From positions 12,832 through 76,831 of the IMG/VR virus record IMGVR_UViG_3300046660_000403: a stretch of 64,000 bases of DNA; one strand, given 5' to 3'. A model generated the notes under the pieces. That model saw nothing but the letters and a program-made list of their open reading frames with translations. It was not told where the DNA came from and did no database searches. This document shows positions 18,601 through 27,600 of the stretch, piece after piece (within the stretch, counting starts at the first letter, position 1; each line of letters begins with the position of its first letter). The DNA is from a virus. The translations under genes and the position numbers were made by a program.

Positions 18601-21600
18601 CTCGACAGTTCGCGGATCACGGTTTCCAGACGCGCGTGCTTGGCATCCAGCTCGCCCTGCTGGGCGAACGGGCCACCCTGGCGCGCGCGCAGATCCGGCA
18701 GCGAAGCCTCGGCGGCGGCCAGGCGGCGCGTAAAGTTGCCGATCGCCGAGGTCAGTCCGGATGGGTTGAGCGTCTTTTCCAGATCCTCCACGGCCGTGCG
18801 CATGGCCGACGTGGTGTACTCCGGGTTTTCGCGCCAATTGGTGTCACCGGTGGCCAGCGTGGAGCCATCCCAGCGCAGCACCGCCAGCGAGGTCCAGTAG
18901 CCGGCATTGCTGTCGTGCTCCATGGTCGCCTGCAGCGGCAAGCCGCGGAACTGGCCGATATCGACCGTTTTCGCCGCGTTCTCGCCCAGTTCGCCCGATA
19001 CCTCGGCGGCAATCTCGGCGATGGCGCGCGCGGCGTCGGTGCGCGCGCCGAGATCCTGCCCGTTCACCGTCATGTGGAACGGCTGCTGGTCACCCAGGGC
19101 CGCACCCACGGCCGCCATGGCGCCATCGAGCGAGGCCAGGCGGCGGCCGTTGACCTTGACCGATACCTTGGCCTTGTCGTCGCCACCCTGCTGGGCGGTG
19201 ACGGCTTCCATCACGGCGCGGCGCGCGGCGGCGCCGTCGTTGAAGTGCTCGCCCTCCACGCTCACGCTGCGCGCCGACACGGCCTGCTCCTGGGCCGACA
19301 GGCCCGCGTGCACGTCGGCCAGGTCGGATTCAGCCATCTTGATGCGCGCCGGCAGTTTGGCGACGCTGCTTTCGGCGTCCTCGATCTGGCTGGTGATGCC
19401 CCACTGTTTGCGGGCGTGCTGACGCTTGAGCAGCTCCAGCTTGTCGATTTCCGAGACCAGCTTGACGCGCTCCAGCAGCAGCGGGTCGCCGGAAGCCAGC
19501 GCGGCCAGTTCGGCCATGCTGACCGATTCCTCGTCCTCGAAGTCCATCGAGAACGCGCCGTCGTACTTGCGGATGGCGTTGATGGTTTTCAGCTTGGACG
19601 AGTTCAAGGCCCACATCTTCGCGTCGATGGTGCGCTCGGTCGCGTAGGCCAGGATTTCCAGCTCGAAGGCGTCGATGCCGTACTTGGCCAGCAGCTTGTT
19701 GCCCTGGCGGACGCCGCGGCCTTCACGCTGCTCGATGTCGGACGGCTTCCACGTCACGTCGGCGTGGTGGACGGCCACGATGCGCTGCTGCACGTTGGTG
19801 CCGGCGCCCATGCGTGGCGTCGAGCCGAGCAACACGCGCACGGTGCCGTCGTTGACGGCATCGAACAGCGCTTGCTTCTGGGCGTCGGTGTTCGCCTCCT
19901 GAACGAAGCGGATCTCGGCTGCCGGGATGCCGCGCGCAATCAGATTGTCCTTGATCTGCTGGTAGGCATTCCAGCCGCCGGCCTGGGCATTGCGCAGTTC
20001 CTCCATTTCGTTCGGGTCGAAGCGCTCCAGCTTCTCGCCGGCGGCGCGCATGGCGCCCTCGTTCTGGTCCTTCAAGGCCTGGCGCTGCGCGGCCAGCAGC
20101 GCGTCGTACTCTTTGAGCACGGCGTCGTCGCCCTTGGCCTTGGGCACGGAGCGGTCGAGGAAAATGAGCTGCGTACCGCGATCGGCATGCCACTTGTCGT
20201 AGATGCGCTTGACGTTGTCAGCGATCACGTCCAGCTTGCCGCCCTCTTCGCGGCTGGTGGAATGCGGGTTGGCCGCGCGCACGTCCAGCGAGACCTTGCG
20301 GGCGCGGTCCATCAGGCGCAGGCGCGCCTTGTTGCGCTCGTACGGGTCCACGATGTTCGGCAGGCCGTCGAAGCCTTCCAGCACCTCATCGAGCAAGTTG
20401 ATCTGCGCCTTGGTTGGCGCCATCACCACCGATTGGCGGTCACCGCCAGCTACGCGCGGGATCGGAAAGGCCTCGCCGCCGTTGTCCTCGGCATAGGCGC
20501 GCTTGATATCGTCGTTGTCCACGGAGTCGGTGAACGAGTAGTACAGGTCCATCAGCGAGCGCATGTTCGACCACGTGCGGCCCAGGCGATTGACCTCCTT
20601 CAGGCGGCCGGTCTCGGTCGGCTCCCAGCCGGCGTCGGTGCTGACGAACTGGGCGCGCCAGGCGTCGAAGTGCTCCAGGCCCAGCTCCTTGAGTTCGTCG
20701 GCGGCCAGGTAGCGCATCATGTTGTACATTTCCACGGCCGAATTGGAGATCGGCGTGCCGGTCAGGAACGTGACGGTGCCGGTTGGCGACTCGCGCAGCA
20801 CGCGCACCTTGTTGTACAGGTCGAAGGCCTTTTGCGAGCCGGTCTTGTTGCCCATGCCCTTCACGCCGGTCAGGCGCGAGCTGTAGAACAGGTTTTTGAA
20901 TTCGTGCGCCTCATCCACCGTCAAGTCATCGATGCCCATCTGCTCGAACGTCAGCAGGCGGTCCTTGTTCTTGTCGCCCTTGACCTTCTCCATGCGCGCG
21001 GTCAGCTTGTCCACCAGGCGCTCGGCCTCCTTCACGCCGAACGGCTTGCGGAAACCGGCTTGGCCGCTGTCCTCGGCCTCCTCTTCGGCCTCGGCCACGG
21101 CCGCGACGGCCGCGTCGAGTTCCTGCTGCAGGAAGCGCTCCTCGGTTTCGGGCGCGATGCCGATGAAGCCGAACGACGAGTGCGGCAGGATCACGATGTC
21201 ATAGTCGCCGGTGGCGATCTTGGCGAACAGCTGGCGGCGGCGGCTCTTTTCAAAGTCCTTCTTGCCGGCCGCCAGCACCTTGGCGGCCGGGTATAGGCGG
21301 TACACGTCGGAGGTGAACTGCTCCACCATATGATTCGGCACCACCATCGTCGGCTTCTTCGACAGGCCCATGCGGCGCCGTTCCATCGCCCGCGCGATCG
21401 CCGTGTAGGTCTTGCCAGCCCCGACCGTATGGTCGACCAGCATGAAACGCTCGCTGATGCCGCGCCAGATCGTGTTCTTCTGGTGGCGGCGCATGGCGAT
21501 CACGGCGTCCGGCACTTTCCCGGGCAGGAACAGGTGCGAGCCATCGTGCTGGCGCATCACGCGGGTGTTGAACTTCTCGTTGAAGATCTCCACCAGCTGG

Positions 21601-24600
21601 TTGCGGCGCGCGCCATCCTTGTACACCCAGTCGGAAAACTCGGTGCTGATCGCCTTGGCCTTGAGCAGCGCCAGGGCGGTTTTCTCCTGGTCCACGTGCG
21701 CGCCGCCGTCCTTGTCGTAGTACACCACCTTGATCGCGCTGTTGTTGAGCAGCGCGGCGATCAGCTCGACGGAGGTGTAGCCGGGCGAGCCCCACTCTTC
21801 CTCGCTGGCGCGGTTGGTCGCAGCGCCGGTGACGCTGTAGCTGTTGGTGACGGCGGAATACGCCACGCGCGCGATGGCGGTGCCGGCGATGTGCTGCACG
21901 AAGTCGGCGTACACCGACGGCGGCACCCACGACGAGCCCAGCAAGGCGGTCACATTTTCGGCGCCCCACGGCTCGGGCTGCACTTCTTCCAGGGCGTTGA
22001 TGTTCTGCACCAGGCGTGCGGCGCGCGCGGCGTTGAGCTTGCGCTTGACCTGTCCGGACAGGTAGCTGTTGCGGGTCTCCCACAGGCCCGACTCAGGATC
22101 CTTGAACAGCAGCGGCTTGTCGGCCGCCGCCAGTTCCGCCTCGACGGCGGCCACGTCCTTGCCCAGCAGGGCGGCAATGCGCTCCAGATCCACGCGGCCG
22201 GCTTCGGCCATGTTGATGGCCACCGCGTCGGCCAGGGAGTCGGCCGTGGTTGGTGCCTCGTACGGCACGATCACGCGTTTCGACAGGATCGGCGCCGGCT
22301 CGGCGGCCGCCGGGCGCACCTTCTCGCCGATGCGCGCGGCGCGCGCGGCCGTGATCGCTGGACGGTAGCCCGATTCGAGCGCCTGCACCAGCGCGCCGTC
22401 CGGCATGTTCGTCACCAGGGACGAGTTGGCCGGTTCGGAGACCAGGCCGTGCTCTTTCACGAATGCCTGGTAGGCCGCCGCCAGACTGGCGCGGTTGGCC
22501 TCGATCGCGGCCGTCTTGGCGTCCTCCGCCTCCAGCGACAGCTGCTCCTTGAGCAGATCGCGCAGCGCGACGAGCTGGCGCAGGCGCTCGTAGCGGGTTT
22601 TCCCCAGTAGCATGGCCGATGGAATATCCGCCTCGCTGGTGAACACCTTGCGGTCGTACACGTTCAGGTTGGTGGTTTTGCCGTTCTTGACCTGTTTGAC
22701 CGGCTTGCCGTGCTCGTCCATCTGCGCCTCGATGGTGTACCACTTGCCGTCGCGGTCCATATATAACGCGTCGGACCAGGGCGATTCCGGCGCCAGGATG
22801 CGGCGCGTCAGTTCAAAGGCGCCTTCGGGCGTCTCGCGCTCAACGACTTGGTGCAGTACGCCGCCGGCCTCCAGCTTGATCGAGCCGTTTTCGTGGCCGG
22901 CCAGGGCGATGCGCAGCGCATCGCTCATGTCCTTGTGGCGCGCGATGGCCGCGCTGATGCCGTCCGGCGTCTGCGTCATGACCGACTGGGGCAGGTGCTT
23001 GATGGCGCCGGCCAAGCGTTGCGCCAGGCTGTCCGGATCGTCCAGGCGCACCGTGATGTCGTTTCCATAGGCCATACTGCCCGAGCGCTCCAGCACGCCC
23101 ATGACCATATGCGGGTGCTTGGCGAAATAGGTGTTCACGCGCATCGTGTCGCCGCCCAGCGGGTCGGCCAGCTCGGTGGTCTGCACCCATTCAGGCACTT
23201 GCGCGGCGAGCGCCTGGCGCTCGTCCTCGGCTTGGCGGCTGGTTTCCGGCTTCTGGGCCGCCGCGGCGAATGCCGCCTCCATGGTCGCTTCCTCGGCTGG
23301 CGTGAGGCGCTGCAGGAATACCATATCGGTGACCACGGAGGTGCGCGCGTTTTCCTTGAATGCCGTGTCCGGCAGGCGGATGGCGCCCAGCAGGCGCGCC
23401 TTCTTGGCCAGTTGCACGCGCGAGGATTTATCCAGCTTGTCCAGCAGGTAGCGCGAGACCACCTGCACCTGCAGGCCGCCCGGCTTCAATGCGTCCAGCG
23501 AGGCCAGGAAGAACTGGTTGTGGATCGAATGGCCGTTGATCTCGGGCTTGAACTGGAAGCGCAGCGACTGGTCGCCGAATGGCGGATTGCCGATCGCCAG
23601 GTCGAATGCGCCATCGGCCAGCGGCACGCTCTGGAAGCCGCTGTTGAGCACGGTTTCGTTCGGGTACAGCAGCGCGGCGATGCGCGCGGTCAGGTTGTCG
23701 TACTCGACGCCGATGAACTTGGTGCGTGCGCCTACGTCTTCCGGCATCAGGCCGATGAAGTTGCCGGCACCCATGGACGACTCCAGCGCCATGCCGCCCT
23801 GATAGCCCAGGCGGCGCGCGGCGGCCCACATGCTTTGCACGACAGTTTGCGATGTGTAATGCGAGTCCAGCGTGGAGCGGCGCGCCAGCGCGTACTCTTT
23901 CGGGCTCAGCAGCTCGGCCAGGTCGGCGCCGCGCTGGCGCCATGCGTCCTTGAACTGGCCCGTTTCAGGCGACGGGAAGGCGTTGGCCAAGCCGCCCCAG
24001 CCCACGTAACGGGCCATGATGGCCTGTTCCTGGGGCGTGGCGTGGCGATTTTCGGCCTCGACCGCGCGCATGGTGCGGATCGCGGACAGGTTGTCGTTGA
24101 ATTTCTGGACTTCGCCGCCCTGCCCCAGGCGCACGTCGTCGGTGATGTGGAAATTGAAGGCGGGCACCGATGGCGCCGCCGCAGGGGCGATCGCGCTTAC
24201 GTCGGATTCGGCTCGCGCATCTTGTCCTGGTACGCGTTCTCCATCTCGGCCAGCTCCTGGGCTTCCCAGTCCGTCTCTGGCGCTGGTTCCGCCGTCAGCA
24301 GGATATACCGGCTCAAGGCCACTTCTTCCGCTTCGTGCTGCTGATACCCGCTTTGCTGCAGGTTGGCGATCAGCCGATGCGCCGCCACTGCGGCCGCCTC
24401 CGTCGCTTCGCTCCACTCGCCCTGCGCTTTCAGCACTTCCGTCTTGTGCGGCAGCCAGGTCTCCCAGTGATGGCGCGCCTTCGCCGCCAGCGTTGCTATG
24501 TCCATGATCTTCCTTCTCTTTCGTATTGGGGGTCAGTGTATCGGATTTTTCGCGCGATGCAACATCGGCAACGATGCCGTGCAGCTTGGCGGCCAGCTGG

Positions 24601-27600
24601 CCAGCGCTCATGGCCGGGTCTTGCCACAGGTTTTGGCCCGTGCGGGATGGGTTGCCCGGCTCGGTGACGCGCGCCACGACGGCCACGCCGCTGGCGGTGA
24701 TGGGCAGCATCGGGCCGCGGACGGCGCTGCCGCTCACGTCGATATGGATGCCCTTGCCCAGGCTCTCGTTGACCATGGACAGCGTGACCTCGCCCGACAC
24801 GGCCGGACCTGCCTCATTGACGGAAACAGCCTTGCCGGGCTTGCCGTTGCGCTGGGGGCCAGGGGCATAGCCCTGCGAAGCCAGCACGCCGGCCACGTCT
24901 TTCAAGTAACGCTGACCATCGGACAGGAAGGCGGCTTTGACGCCGCCGGCAGGCAGATCGCCACCGCGCTCGACCGGGAATTCGTCGGTGTGCTCGTAAC
25001 CGTCGATGAATTCCACTCCGTAATCGCCGCGCAGCGTGGCCTCGCCGAGCGCCGCTTTGCCCTTCTTCGGCGATTTCGCGGCGCTCGGTGCAGCCGCAGC
25101 TGATGCTGCCGGGCCCGGGTCGGCTTTCGCGACTGCTTGCAAATTGTCGCGCAGGGCAGCGACTTCTTTCTTGTATTCCTTGTTGCCTTCGTTGAACAGT
25201 TTGACGATGCGCACAGTGTCGGCTGCCAGATGCGCCAGCGGCGCCAGGTCGGGATGGGTGCGGCGCATGGCCTCTGCCAGGTCGAACAGGGCATTTTCGG
25301 CGTGCGCCACCTGCTCCCAGGTCGTGATGCTCCCCAGGCTGGCCAGCACTTGCGCGGCCGTATTGCCGTGCTGGGCGGCCGCCGGGGCGGCGGGCGCTTT
25401 TTCCTGCACTGGCGTGGCGGCGCTCTCCAGCGAGCGGGCGGCGATCTCCTTGCCGATCTTGGCCACGCGCGGGCTGTCGGCCAACAGCGTTTTTGCCTCC
25501 AGCAGCTCGGCATCGCTCATGTCTTTGACGGTGCGGCGGTTGAGCGCCTGTCGGCGCGGGGCTGGCGCGGGTTCGGCTTGGCTGGCGTCCTGCGGCACGC
25601 TGTCCGCTGGAGCATGGGCAGGGCGAGCTGTGTCAGCTTCACGCGGGGTAGCGTCAGCGACGGCGCCGCTCGTCTGGTCAGTGTCCGTCGTCGTGGCCGG
25701 GCTGCTCTGTGCTTGGCTCGGCACGGAACTCGCCTTCATATGTGCCGCGCGGACCACGCCGTACTGGGAGCCGACCGGGAAGCGCTTGCGCGTCTGCCCA
25801 TTCGCCAGCCAGTCTTTGAAGCCGTTAACGTTGGTCTCGATGATAGTGTCGCCACCGCTCCAACCTGGCGCATAGTTGCCATGGTAGGCAGCGCTGGCCG
25901 CGTCGAGCGAGTCGAAGCCCAGCATGACCTTGTGCTCATCGAACTTGCGACTGTCCGGATGCACCTGATTGACCACGAATACCTTGTCGCTGTCCGGCTG
26001 CGGTCCGATGAACGTGTCGATATGGTCCTTGTCGGCGCCCACCGTGCCGCGGATATAGCCATAGTGGTGCGCCATGGTGTTTTCCCATGGCGTGCCGTCC
26101 TTGTCCTCGCCCTTGCGGGTCGATCCGGCTGGATTTTCAATCGACAGGTCCATGCCGTGCAGGCGCACGCGGCCCAGCTTGTAGTTGCTGGCCTCCTTTT
26201 GCGCCTGGGTAGGCTCGGGCAATGCGTTGTGCGGCGAAGTGGCAGCCTCGTGGGCCGCCAGGTCCAGAGCGTTTGGGATCGCCTCGGATTCGGGCACGGT
26301 GTTCGCAGCTGGCGCGACGATAGGTTCGTTTTCCGGGGCTTTTTCCCGTGAAACCGCATCATTTTCCCGCGAAACTGCATTATTTTGACCATTTTCCGCA
26401 ACAACGGGCGCATTCTGCTGCCCCAGGGCGGCGATGGCCGCCGTGTAGTGCGCCTTTTGTGCGGTGCTCAGTCGGAAGATTTTCGACGAGCCGGGCTTGT
26501 GCAGCACGGTGCCATTGGCCGTTTTCAGGCGCATGCCGGAGGCGATCGCGGCATCGACGGCGGCCGTATTGGTGCCGGCCGGCGCGGGCACCGCCTGCTT
26601 GCGCTCGGGGACCGCATCGACCAGCTCATTGGGCAGGCTGGGCACGGGTTCGGCGGCGGCCGCGAACTCGGCGTGGTCCTCGTCGGTCACTTCGGGATTG
26701 ACGTAGCCACCGCGCTTGAGCGCGGCCTGGAAGGCGGCAGGCTTGTTGGCCACGGCCGGGTCGGCAATGATCTGCTCGCGCAGCGCTGCGCGGTTTGCCT
26801 GCGCGCGCTGTTGGCGCTCATGTTCGACAATGGCGTTGGTGGTGGCGATCTGCTCCTGTTCGCGCTGGGCGGCGGCTTCGCGCGCCTGGCGCGCATCCTC
26901 GTCCAGCAAGGCCTGGATCTGCGCTTCCTCCTGCGCGCTGCGGGACTTGGCCGCCGCGGCGATGGCTGGAGCGGTCTTGGCGTCGTGCGCCGCCTGCTCC
27001 TGGGCCAGCAAGGCCTGGTACTCGGCCTGCTGGTCCTGCGGAATGGCCACGCGCGCAGCGCGCGCCTGTTTGAGTGCGTCGTATTCGGATTTTTCCTCGG
27101 CGGTGAGTGGGCGGCCATCCACGGCAGGCACCTTCACCTTGTTGCCGGTGGCATCTAGCGCCGATTGTGCCAGCTGGCCACGGCCGATGGCCACCAGCTG
27201 GTCCATGCGCGCGTCGATCTCGCGCAGGGACGGCAGCGCGTCGCCAGCTGCCGGAGCTGCAGGCGCGGGAGTGCCTTGCGGCGCCGTGGCGTTGGCGGTG
27301 GCTGCGGCCGCCGTGGCGGCTGCGGCGGCTTGGCCTGCATTGGCGGCCTGCGACAGCGGACCGGAATTGGGCAGGACAACGGGGGATGGCGGTGCTGCGT
27401 CGTGGCGCTGGGCGCCGCCCAGGCCTGCGCCCATGACACCGCCCGTCACCAGGCCGGTACCGGCGGCGTTGGCCACGCCTTTCATGCGGTCCTGCTCGCC
27501 TTGGGCGATGTTGGTGAAATACTGTTCCTGCGCCGACTGCGGCATTTCTTCCAGCACGCCCTCGCTCAGGAACTCCTTGCCCACGCGCGTGGCCAGCTTG

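Noticed and set aside
14157-24344. Very long + strand ORFs (14157-17480, 17883-21296, 21330-22610, 22848-24344)
   Set aside because: Antisense shadows of a GC3-biased gene; no motifs or RBS and implausible composition.
25512-25700. Possible fourth nested +1-frame ORF after the pyrophosphatase domain (LTRRAAPSLTLPRVKLTQLALPMLQ...)
   Set aside because: There is a local codon shift, but no convincing start, RBS or promoter, and the tail is junk-like; at most a remnant.
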